A DNA stretch of 64,000 bases from a bacterium. GTDB taxonomy: Bacteria > Acidobacteriota > Aminicenantia > Aminicenantales > Aminicenantaceae. Within the stretch, counting starts at the first letter, position 1; the number at the start of each line of letters is the position of its first letter. Shown here in pieces: positions 29,412-38,351 of this stretch. The notes below the pieces were generated by a model that saw only the letters and a list, made by a program, of their open reading frames with translations, had not been told where the DNA came from and made no database searches. The stretch lies in assembly GCA_018335295.1 (NCBI GenBank), contig JAGXKI010000005.1, positions 20,658 to 84,657 of the forward strand, in the 5' to 3' direction. The position numbers and the translations under genes are program-made.

Positions 29412-30673
29412 GTCTTAAACATATCAAATCAATCTTTTTGGTCGTTTTGACTGTGATGAGTGTAAGCGTTCTGGCGGGGACCCAGGACGTTATCCTCATT
29501 AAAAACGGAACGGTGGTTCCGGTAGCCGGAGAAAGCATTTCGGAAGGAAATGTGCTGATTAAAGATGGAAAGATTGCCAAAATAGGACCCAACATCACCG
29601 CTCCTCCGGAAGCTGAGGTGATCGATGCTTCAGGAAACTATGTTTACCCTGGAATGGTCCATCCTTTAACCACCGTGGGATTGACTGCCTACCCAGGACA
29701 AAGAAGCGATGTGAATGAGAAGGGAACTTCCACGCCTCAGATAGACCCCTACGATGCTCTCAACCCGGAAGACCCCTGCATCAAAGTCACTCGGATTGAA
29801 GGAGTGACCACAGTGGTGGCCGTTAGTGGAACTCGAAGTCCCATCAACGGCAAGGCTGTGGCCATGAACCTGGAAGGACGCTTTGCTGAGGAGATGGTAA
29901 TCCAAAGGTACACCTGCCAAATATTCAATACCGGAGCCAAGAGACGAGAAAAATATCCTTCCACCTATCCGGGAGTGATGTCTTTTATCCATAAAAAGCT
30001 TTATGAGGCTCAAAGATACATGGAAAAGAAACAGAAAAAGAAGGAAGAGAACGAGGAATTCAATCAGGATCTGGAGAAAGAAGCTCTGATTCCGGTTTTA
30101 AAAGGCCAAGTTCCCGCTCTCTTCATCACCTATGATGAGGTGACCATCCGGAACGCCCTTAAAATTATTGATGAATTCAAACTGGACGGGATTATCCATG
30201 CCACTCAGAACATCCTCAAGTTTACAGACCAGTTGGCGGAAAAAGATATCCCCGTTTTATGGGGAGGAACCTCCAACGTCCCGGACAAAGATGAACCTTA
30301 TGATTTGAATTACCATACAGCTTCCATCCTTGCCGAAAAAGGTATCAAGTTTGCCTTTACTCAAGGAAGGCCGGAAAGTCGGAACGCCCGAAATCTGCCG
30401 GTTCCAGCCAGTTTGTCGGTAGCTCATGGACTCTCAGAAGAGGAAGCTGTGAAAGCCGTAACTTTAGCTCCGGCTGAGATTATGGGAATTGAAGAACAGG
30501 TGGGATCCCTGGAGAAAGGAAAGACCGCCAATGTGGTTATATGGAGCGGGAAACCTATTCAAATGAGCTCCAAGGCCCAAACAGTCATCGTCAACGGAAA
30601 AATCATCCCCCAAAAAAGCATCCAGACAGAACTTAGAGATGAATATAAAAACATCGTAGAAAAACGACAATAG
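29408..30673 (+). CDS. Secreted amidohydrolase-family paralog lacking the HxH motif (possible non-catalytic partner)
   Basis: Same length and architecture as the upstream gene, with a 4-nt overlap. The motif position reads PGMVHPLTTVGL rather than HxH. Confidence 0.7.
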   Translation: MSLKHIKSIFLVVLTVMSVSVLAGTQDVILIKNGTVVPVAGESISEGNVLIKDGKIAKIGPNITAPPEAEVIDASGNYVYPGMVHPLTTVGLTAYPGQRSDVNEKGTSTPQIDPYDALNPEDPCIKVTRIEGVTTVVAVSGTRSPINGKAVAMNLEGRFAEEMVIQRYTCQIFNTGAKRREKYPSTYPGVMSFIHKKLYEAQRYMEKKQKKKEENEEFNQDLEKEALIPVLKGQVPALFITYDEVTIRNALKIIDEFKLDGIIHATQNILKFTDQLAEKDIPVLWGGTSNVPDKDEPYDLNYHTASILAEKGIKFAFTQGRPESRNARNLPVPASLSVAHGLSEEEAVKAVTLAPAEIMGIEEQVGSLEKGKTANVVIWSGKPIQMSSKAQTVIVNGKIIPQKSIQTELRDEYKNIVEKRQ

Positions 30674-30698
30674 AAAAAAACGGCAATCCCCTTGAATA

Positions 30699-31700
30699 TC
30701 AAGATATTTTAAGGATGGCCGCTCCATCGATCTTGCTTTCCTTAAGGAGGCGGAGAACTTTGTTGGCTTCTTTCAGGGAGAATAACTGCGTGGTGGTGTG
30801 AATAGGGATTTGAGCGGCCATCTGGAGGAGTCCTTCCCCATCCTTTCGTGTGGCATTGGCTACACTGCGGAGAGCCCGTTCATGGTAAAGATAGCGGGTG
30901 TAATCCATCTGGGGAATAGGGCTCATATAGATCCCTGCCAAGGCCTGGGTTCCTCCTTTATCCAGATGATTCAGGGCATCCAGAACCACAGGTCCGGCGG
31001 GAGTGAAATTGACAGCACTGTCCAGTTTGTGAGGAGGTTCCTCTTTAGAGGAACCTGTCCACACAGCCCCTAGTTTTCGAGCTAAAGCCCGGTGTTCTTC
31101 GCTTCTTGAAAATACATAAACTTCACATCCCCAGTGGACTGCGACCTGGATGGCTACATGAGCTGAGGCTCCAAATCCATAAAGACCTAAGCGCTGACCC
31201 GGATGAATTTCACTCAGCTGGAGGGCCCTATACCCGATGATTCCTGCACAGAGAAGCGGGGAGGCTTCCTGATCGGAAAAAACATCCGGGATGGGATAGG
31301 CAAATTTTTCGGGAATGGTAATAAATTCTGCATAACCGCCGTTGACATTATATCCGGTAAAGCGAGCCTTCTCACAGAGATTTTCATTGCCCCTGCGGCA
31401 GTATCTACATGTCTCATCGGTAGAATAGAGCCAGGCCACTCCTACCCGGTCTCCCTTTCTAAAACGCTCAGCCTTTTCTCCTTTTTTTTCAACAGTCCCC
31501 ACAATCTGATGCCCAGGAATGACAGGGAGTGAAACTTCAGGAAGTTCCCCTTCTATTGTGTGAAGATCGGTATGGCAAACTCCGCAGACTTTGATTTTGA
31601 TTTGAATATCTGTAGGACCCGGTTGAGGAGTTGAGACCTCCGAGTACTCCAAGGGGCCCTTTTCGATCGGGCCAAATTCTTTTAAAACCATAGCTTTCAT
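30699..31700 (-). CDS. Zinc-dependent alcohol dehydrogenase (MDR family)
   Basis: GVCHTDLH zinc motif, the structural-zinc cysteines CRYCRRGNENLC, and the GxGxxG NAD-binding fold. Confidence 0.85.
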   Translation of the reverse strand: MKAMVLKEFGPIEKGPLEYSEVSTPQPGPTDIQIKIKVCGVCHTDLHTIEGELPEVSLPVIPGHQIVGTVEKKGEKAERFRKGDRVGVAWLYSTDETCRYCRRGNENLCEKARFTGYNVNGGYAEFITIPEKFAYPIPDVFSDQEASPLLCAGIIGYRALQLSEIHPGQRLGLYGFGASAHVAIQVAVHWGCEVYVFSRSEEHRALARKLGAVWTGSSKEEPPHKLDSAVNFTPAGPVVLDALNHLDKGGTQALAGIYMSPIPQMDYTRYLYHERALRSVANATRKDGEGLLQMAAQIPIHTTTQLFSLKEANKVLRLLKESKIDGAAILKIS

Positions 31701-31808
31701 AAGGTCATCTTCCTCCCTTAGATTTTACTTTTTTATCCTTATAAAGCCGGAGTTAGGGTAGAAAAAAGTAAATCCTGCTCTCCATCAACTGGCTCTGTAA
31801 GCAGATCG

Positions 31809-33116
31809 TTAAAGGATTTCTCCTAATTTTCGTTTGAGTCTCTGCAGGCGGTAGGAAAAATCCCTCTCATAGTAAGAAGAAATACCCCTGGAAAGAACCC
31901 ATCCCTCCTCTGCCAATCTCTTGGCCTCTTGGTAATCTTTTTCCCGATGCTCCAGGTACATAGCCAGCTCCCTAATGGAAAATAGCTGGATTCGAGGTGA
32001 AGTCTCCATGGAAGTGATTTCTTTCCATAAGGAAACCGCCTTGTTCCACTCCTGGGTTTTCTTGAAAAAAAGGGAAAGTTTTTGTTTGGCCTTTAAAGAG
32101 ACCTGAGGATTGAGCTTTCCTTCCAGAGCTTTTTTATAAAACAAAACGGACTTCTCGATCTCTCCCCTATTTTCCATGATCTTCCCCGCTCCAAAAAGAT
32201 CCATAGCATCGGCTATCTCCTCATCCCCTTCTTCGGAAAAAATCAAGGCTCCCCGAACGAGAATTCCCAAGAGAGAGAGGAGGTCCTCTTGGTTGTGATA
32301 AAGAACAGGCTCAACGAGCTCAAAATTTCCGCTGCGCAGATACTGAAAATACCGCCAGGGAACTTCAGCCGAAGGGATATCTTCGGTGCGGCCGGTCTTA
32401 AGAACATTGCAGGCCAGGTAAGAGAGGCCACAACTTTCATATTTATGCTTCCACAGACTCCTCGCCGGATAAAGGAAATCCAGGTGAGGAAGCTCAGAGA
32501 GGATAAAAGGACATCGGTTCAGAATGAACCGGGTTTCCATGAGAGGCATATCAAATCCTTTTCCATTAAAGGTAATCACAGACTGAAAATTCATTTGTTC
32601 AAAAAATTCAGCCAACTCCCCCACCATCCGTTCCTCTGCAGCCAGGTCACCCAAAAAGTATTGCACCACATAGAACTTATTCTCACTGTAATATCCCATC
32701 CCCACCAGAAAAGGGACCACTCCAGTCCCCCCGGAGAGTCCAGTGGTCTCCAAATCTAAAAAAAGAGCTGTGGATAAGTTCAATTCTTCAAAGGCCGGAT
32801 TTCCGCTGAAACCGGCCAAAATGTCACTGGCTACATCCAGGCCCCAAGAAAGGATAATTTTCCCGTAACGGTAATCCAGAGGGTAAGCATTCTCAAAATA
32901 CTGAACAGGCTCTCGAGATAAGGGTTCAAAAGAAGATTTTTGAGCTTTGGGAGACTTTTCCTCCTGGGTAAGATTGATGAGTTTTTGGAGCTTTTCTTTA
33001 ACCGATACGTCTTCATTTTTATCGATTTTTTTCCAATTATCCTGGATACGTTGTGATTTGGAACGGGTTTTTTTCTCTCTTTTAAGCTGCTCCAGCTTAT
33101 CTTTGAGATCGCTCAT
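31809..33116 (-). CDS. YprB-like RNase H-fold (putative exonuclease) domain protein with C-terminal TPR repeats
   Basis: FLDLETTGLSGGTGVVPFLVGMGYY is the signature opening of the RNase_H_2/YprB domain. The C-terminus has TPR-like helices. Confidence 0.5.
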   Translation of the reverse strand: MSDLKDKLEQLKREKKTRSKSQRIQDNWKKIDKNEDVSVKEKLQKLINLTQEEKSPKAQKSSFEPLSREPVQYFENAYPLDYRYGKIILSWGLDVASDILAGFSGNPAFEELNLSTALFLDLETTGLSGGTGVVPFLVGMGYYSENKFYVVQYFLGDLAAEERMVGELAEFFEQMNFQSVITFNGKGFDMPLMETRFILNRCPFILSELPHLDFLYPARSLWKHKYESCGLSYLACNVLKTGRTEDIPSAEVPWRYFQYLRSGNFELVEPVLYHNQEDLLSLLGILVRGALIFSEEGDEEIADAMDLFGAGKIMENRGEIEKSVLFYKKALEGKLNPQVSLKAKQKLSLFFKKTQEWNKAVSLWKEITSMETSPRIQLFSIRELAMYLEHREKDYQEAKRLAEEGWVLSRGISSYYERDFSYRLQRLKRKLGEIL

Positions 33117-33367
33117 CTTTTCTGATTATGCCTTAAGTTAGACTGAATGTTCAAGGCTCTTTTCCTTTAATTTAAACATCATTCATTCCATAAATTGCTT
33201 TGGTATCTAGACGTTATGGGTGTTTCCTGAAGATATTCCCCAAATTATTTTTATCATAATAAAAAGCCTTTATAAACCTCATTACCCCCCCCTCCATTCC
33301 TCCTCTTATCCTTTTTGATTCTAGGCAAAAAATTTTTCACTTTCTGGGATAAATCCCCTCTATCCCT

Positions 33368-33787
33368 TCACTCTCCCATAAACTGGAGGGTGAGGGTTCG
33401 AGAACGGGAGCGGTTATCAAAATCCACGAACACAATCTGCTGCCAGGTACCTAAGGTTAAGCGGCTGTGAGAAAAGGGAATGGTGAGAGAAGGCCCGATC
33501 AAGGATGCCCTGAGGTGAGAAAATCCATTGTCATCCCCCCAGGTAGCATCATGATGGTAAGACTTTTTTTGAGGGATCAGTTTTTCCATAAGTTCTGGGA
33601 AATCTTTTTGGAGACCCGGCTCGAATTCAATCGTAGTCACCCCCCCTGTGGAACCCGGAACAAACAGAGTCACTATACCGTTTTCCAATCTTGACTGGGA
33701 AAGAATCCGGGATACTCCGCTGGTCAAATCCTTCATGTCACTAAAACCAGAAGTGGAAAATTCCAAAGATTCATTGATCACTTTCAT
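33368..33787 (-). CDS. YjbQ/UPF0047 family protein (secondary thiamine-phosphate synthase)
   Basis: 139 aa. GIVTLFVPGSTGGVTTIEFEPG and HHDATWGDDNGFSHLRASL are characteristic of the YjbQ family. Confidence 0.8.
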   Translation of the reverse strand: MKVINESLEFSTSGFSDMKDLTSGVSRILSQSRLENGIVTLFVPGSTGGVTTIEFEPGLQKDFPELMEKLIPQKKSYHHDATWGDDNGFSHLRASLIGPSLTIPFSHSRLTLGTWQQIVFVDFDNRSRSRTLTLQFMGE

Positions 33788-33916
33788 GCTTCTTATCCTC
33801 CTTTTTAATCTTATTCCAAATCAAATAAAAGGATTATCCTCTGGCTGAGAAAGAAGGATGAAAAATGGATTCCTACATATTTAAAAGAGCTTAAAATAAC
33901 AGGACCATTCCCTCAC

Positions 33917-34948
33917 TTAAAGCACAGGCCAGGATTTGGGAAAGAAAATCTGACTGTAGAGACGAAGAGCATAGCGATCGGTCATTCCTGCCACAAAATC
34001 CCCTACTCTTAGAGTTAACGGATCCTCTTGGGGATAAGGTTTGATGTGGTCCTGAGGATGGTGGATAAGGAAATCAAAAAGTTCCCTCAACACTTTTCCA
34101 GTCTTTCCCAGCTCAGCTTTGGCTTCCGGGTTAAAATAAACCTGGGTATATAAAAAATCCCTGAGTTCGGTAACAGCCTTTTTAATCTCATCGCTCATCG
34201 TGATTCTTTGGAGATCTTCTTTCAAACTAGAATCCACAACATCTCCTACCATCCTATCGATTCGGTAACCATGAAAGTCTCCCAGAATTTTGGTCAGCCG
34301 ACCTGGAATATCCTTCTCTCTGATCACTCCAGCCCTTACTGCATCATCGATATCATGGTTAACATAAGCAATGACATCAGAAACTCTGACCACTTGACCT
34401 TCCAATGTAAGAGGGGTAACCCCTTTGTTTCCGACAAATATGTCCCCCATTCCTTTGGAATGTTTAAAGATGCCATCTCTTACCTCTTTGGTGAGGTTTA
34501 ACCCCTTTCCTTCGTACTCCAATTTTTCCACTACACGAAGGCTCTGGTGATCATGGGAGAAACCCCCAGGTAGGAGTTGGGAAAGAGTTTTTTCACCAGA
34601 ATGTCCGAAGGGGGTGTGCCCTAGATCATGGCCCAGAGCAATAGCTTCGGTTAAGTCTTCATTCAACCTCAAAGCTTTGGATATGGACCGAGCAATCTGA
34701 GAAACTTCCAAGGTATGGGTTAAGCGGGTTCGATAATGATCTCCGTATGGAGCCAGGAAGACTTGTGTTTTGTGTTTCAAACGGCGAAAAGACTTGCAAT
34801 GGATGATCCGGTCCCGATCCCTCTGAAATTCCGTTCGGAGTGGGTGCAGTTTCTCGGTCCGCTCTCTTCCTCGAGTCTGGGAAGCCAGACAGGCTTGGGG
34901 GGCAAGAGAGCGTTTTTCAATCTCTTCCAGTTGTTCCCTGACCATCAT
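33917..34948 (-). CDS. dGTP triphosphohydrolase-like HD-domain phosphohydrolase
   Basis: HDLGHTPFGHSGE HD motif with dGTPase-like overall length and flanking helices. Confidence 0.8.
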   Translation of the reverse strand: MMVREQLEEIEKRSLAPQACLASQTRGRERTEKLHPLRTEFQRDRDRIIHCKSFRRLKHKTQVFLAPYGDHYRTRLTHTLEVSQIARSISKALRLNEDLTEAIALGHDLGHTPFGHSGEKTLSQLLPGGFSHDHQSLRVVEKLEYEGKGLNLTKEVRDGIFKHSKGMGDIFVGNKGVTPLTLEGQVVRVSDVIAYVNHDIDDAVRAGVIREKDIPGRLTKILGDFHGYRIDRMVGDVVDSSLKEDLQRITMSDEIKKAVTELRDFLYTQVYFNPEAKAELGKTGKVLRELFDFLIHHPQDHIKPYPQEDPLTLRVGDFVAGMTDRYALRLYSQIFFPKSWPVL

Positions 34949-34972
34949 TTCTCTCTGCTCAACAGATTCGGC

Positions 34973-35683
34973 TTAAATCTCCCAGGGGGTGTTTTGTTGA
35001 GCCTGTTTGATAAGAAGACGGGAGATGGGAAAGTTGATCTCCTTTTTATGAGAAAGCTCCATTTTCTCTGTAACCATTTTCAGGGATTCCTTTATTCCTA
35101 TCCGGTTCATCATGGTAAAAGGACCTTCTTTCCACCCCAAATACTTTTGACATAATCTCTCCACATCCTTCATTTCCATGACTCCCGCTTGAACCACTTC
35201 AGAAGAAACCATAAAGGCGACCGCCTGAAACCTCTTTTTCAACATCTCAAGGACCATCAAATCAGAGGATTCCATCTGGGCCTTTTCCTCAGAAATCCAT
35301 TTCACTGACGATTTGTCATCTGTTTTCTGGTATCGATCATTCATATCAACAAGGGTCTGAGGGGGCTGGAAAAAATTTTGATAATATTTGAATATAGGAT
35401 CATCGGAAGAGGGATTGTATAAAGCCCCCACTTCTTCCATAAATTCAGGAATTCCCACTTCATCCATGAGGGTTAAAAACCCTTTGGAAATTCCAAACGC
35501 TTTCTTTCCTGAAGCTTCAATACTGATGACATCCATACCTTCTTCCTTCATCCTGGCTGCTTCCAGCATAAGAGAAATCAGAATCAATTTGACAGCCCCT
35601 CCCTTACGTTGTTTTTTTAAAGGTTCTTCAGGTATCCATTCCTTAAGCTTTTTTTTCTCTTTTCTATTCATACAAACTCCCAA
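34973..35683 (-). CDS. Hypothetical protein with 3-hydroxyacyl-CoA dehydrogenase C-terminal-like repeats (no NAD-binding domain)
   Basis: LGWKEGPFTMMNRIGI and ILISLMLEAARMKEEG resemble the 3HCDH_C helical domain. Assignment is weak. Confidence 0.3.
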   Translation of the reverse strand: MGVCMNRKEKKKLKEWIPEEPLKKQRKGGAVKLILISLMLEAARMKEEGMDVISIEASGKKAFGISKGFLTLMDEVGIPEFMEEVGALYNPSSDDPIFKYYQNFFQPPQTLVDMNDRYQKTDDKSSVKWISEEKAQMESSDLMVLEMLKKRFQAVAFMVSSEVVQAGVMEMKDVERLCQKYLGWKEGPFTMMNRIGIKESLKMVTEKMELSHKKEINFPISRLLIKQAQQNTPWEI

Positions 35684-35808
35684 TCAAAAAAAGTCAATCC
35701 ATCTTTAAAAATAATTCGATTTATTATAACACATAATCCCCGGAAGCGCCCAAATTTACCTTTTTCTTTTTCTTGAGCCTTCGGATTGATTGGAGTTAAA
35801 ATAGATAT

Positions 35809-36471
35809 ATGAGTATAAAAGAAAATGTCAATCAAATATTAAAAGAACTCCCCTCCTATGTGCAGTTGGTAGGAGCTGCCAAAACTCGAACCCCCCAGGA
35901 AATCCAGGAAGCCGCCCGAGCAGGGATAAAAATCATCGGGGAAAACTACGTTCAAGAAGCTGAAGAGGCCCTCCAAGTGGTAGGTCATCGAGTAAAGTGG
36001 CATTTCATCGGACATCTTCAGCGAAATAAAGCCAAGAAGGCTGTGCGAATCTTTGATGTGATCGAAACAGTGGACTCCCTCAAAATCGCCAAAGAAATCA
36101 ACAAACAGTGTGCCCGTATAGGCAAAGTTATGCCTGTCCTCATTGAAATCAACAGCGGAAGAGAAGAACAGAAATATGGAATTTACCCTGAAGACACTGA
36201 AGAATTTGCCAGCTCTCTCGGCAAATTCAATAATATCCATGTTCATGGGTTGATGACCATGGGTCCTTTTACTGGAAATCCCGAAAACGCCCGACCCTAT
36301 TTTCAAGAAACAAAAAAAATTTTTGATAAACTGAACTCTAAGAACCTACCCCGAATAGAAATGAAAATTCTGTCCATGGGAATGACCAATTCTTATAAAG
36401 TCGCCGTTCAAGAAGGAGCCAATATGGTCAGAATCGGCACCAAGATCTTTGGGATACGAGAGTATGAGTAA
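35809..36471 (+). CDS. yggS: YggS-family PLP homeostasis protein
   Basis: LVGAAKTRTPQEI holds the PLP lysine. The TIM barrel is of the alanine-racemase N-terminal domain type, at about 220 aa. Confidence 0.85.
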   Translation: MSIKENVNQILKELPSYVQLVGAAKTRTPQEIQEAARAGIKIIGENYVQEAEEALQVVGHRVKWHFIGHLQRNKAKKAVRIFDVIETVDSLKIAKEINKQCARIGKVMPVLIEINSGREEQKYGIYPEDTEEFASSLGKFNNIHVHGLMTMGPFTGNPENARPYFQETKKIFDKLNSKNLPRIEMKILSMGMTNSYKVAVQEGANMVRIGTKIFGIREYE

Positions 36472-36485
36472 ACTTCAGCTCAAAC

Positions 36486-37370
36486 TCAGATCAGGATTCC
36501 TTCTTTCCATCCCAATTTGATAAGATCGATTCTTTGGGGATCGCTCACTCCCAAATGATGACGAGTATCAGCCAAAAAAATGTGTTTAGGAGGAGGCTGT
36601 AAGGGTTTTTCTTCTCCAAAATACTGCTTCCGTTTGGCCTGCAAAATCCTCACCCCGGTCGAGTCCACAGCTACAGGATCCTTTCCCACCACCAGTCCTC
36701 TGTATTCCCACACGTATTTCCGGCTGTAATGATGAGGACCTATTCCATGGAAAAGCGGAGTCAACATCACTAAAATATTCAGCTTTGTTTTTTCCCGAAG
36801 ATTATACTCTTTCCATATTTTACCCAAATCGGCGCAAGAATCTCCATGCCAGGCTGAAGCTCGGGGAGTGAACATGATGTAATTTTTGATACAGCTTCCC
36901 ATACCCGACCAATGATGGGTCCGTCCAGGACGGGCATTAATCAAGACTGTGGCCTTCTCAAAGACAGGATTTCTCTTCACTCCTCGATCATCGATGCCGA
37001 TATTCTTTTCGGGAACTCCCGCATCCATCACTCGCTTCTTGATGGCCTTCTCCACTTCTGCGGGGGTGGGAATGTAGTGCCACACGTTAGATTTAATACC
37101 GACCACATCTGAAGGTTTAACCAAAGTTTTCCATGCATTCACTGGATCCTGTACATCAAGGAGAGTTGTCACTGCATCATCCAACATCTTCTGAATGACT
37201 TCTTGATCGGGATTCTTAAAGGCTTCCAGAGCATTCTTATCCCGAATCAAAACCACTTTAGATTTGGAAGATTGACTCTTTGAATAAGGTCCTGAAAGGA
37301 AAGCTCCTGCCAGCGGAGAAACGGCAGCCAGACGGAGAAAATCACGCCGGGTTAATCCCTTTTTTCTCAT
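36486..37370 (-). CDS. Tat-signal exported protein, DUF362-like
   Basis: RRDFLRLAAVSPLAGAFL twin-arginine signal. The remainder loosely resembles DUF362. Confidence 0.4.
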   Translation of the reverse strand: MRKKGLTRRDFLRLAAVSPLAGAFLSGPYSKSQSSKSKVVLIRDKNALEAFKNPDQEVIQKMLDDAVTTLLDVQDPVNAWKTLVKPSDVVGIKSNVWHYIPTPAEVEKAIKKRVMDAGVPEKNIGIDDRGVKRNPVFEKATVLINARPGRTHHWSGMGSCIKNYIMFTPRASAWHGDSCADLGKIWKEYNLREKTKLNILVMLTPLFHGIGPHHYSRKYVWEYRGLVVGKDPVAVDSTGVRILQAKRKQYFGEEKPLQPPPKHIFLADTRHHLGVSDPQRIDLIKLGWKEGILI

Positions 37371-37426
37371 TTCTTCCCTCCTATCCAGAGATCCAAATGA
37401 GGGCTTTTATCCAAAAAAAATTTCAT

Positions 37427-38329
37427 CTAGGGCAATTTGTTTTTAACAGCTTTCATGGTCTGTTCAACCACAGAAGAAGAAGGCGCCTCAAAAATCAGGA
37501 CCAGCCAGCTATCTTTCATCTTTTGGATGGCTGTCCATTTTCCCTCCCCAGTCTGAATCAGAGCCTTTTCTTTCGATTCGAACATATATGAGTCCAAAAA
37601 ATTCTGATGTGCCCGGGAGGTTTTTTGGACAGAAGGATAGTGCACTATTAAAAGAATATACTTTTGGCCGTCCTGCCTGTATTTTCCCAGAGCGGCATCT
37701 GTGTTTTCATCTAAAATAAGAATATTCTTATCGGCCAGAAAAAAATGATAATTCAAGATCAAATGGTTATAAAAATAATGAATTTTTTGATCGATGAGGT
37801 TCTGCTGGGGAAAACGCAAGACGATGGAAGGTTTTTTTCCTGGGTGAAGAATTCGAGAATCAACAATAGACCCCAGATCTTTAAGAGTTTTTGTGGCTTT
37901 TTCAGTCATTTCCTCAGCGTAAAGTGAGACAAAAAAACGCCCTTTCCAAAAGGAAAGAAGACCCCCTTTATAGGTGGAACCCTGTCCCAGCCCCATCTTC
38001 TTTCCTTCAAGATCATGGGTAAAAACTCCAAAGGCGTTCCTAGATTCACCCATATCAAAGACGTCTGCATGGATATGCGGTTGTCCCTTCTGAGAATATT
38101 TTCGAGCCAGCAGTTTTTTGAAATTGTAAGCTCTGTAGACTTCTCCAGCTCCATCAATGTAGTCAAAGATAGATTCGGGACCATAGAATTCCCCTTCTCC
38201 TTGGGCTTTCCAGCCGTTAATCCGTGAAGGAAGCAAATCTTGGAGTTGGGATTCTTTGTTCTCATGACTCTGGCACATAAAAACTCCTGCGGAGAACAAA
38301 AGGATAACTCCCCACACCCATTTCATCAT
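37427..38329 (-). CDS. Hypothetical secreted/lipoprotein
   Basis: Signal peptide with a Cys near position 19. No recognisable domain. Confidence 0.4.
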   Translation of the reverse strand: MMKWVWGVILLFSAGVFMCQSHENKESQLQDLLPSRINGWKAQGEGEFYGPESIFDYIDGAGEVYRAYNFKKLLARKYSQKGQPHIHADVFDMGESRNAFGVFTHDLEGKKMGLGQGSTYKGGLLSFWKGRFFVSLYAEEMTEKATKTLKDLGSIVDSRILHPGKKPSIVLRFPQQNLIDQKIHYFYNHLILNYHFFLADKNILILDENTDAALGKYRQDGQKYILLIVHYPSVQKTSRAHQNFLDSYMFESKEKALIQTGEGKWTAIQKMKDSWLVLIFEAPSSSVVEQTMKAVKNKLP

Positions 38330-38351
38330 ACTCGAATTTTACCAAAATCGT

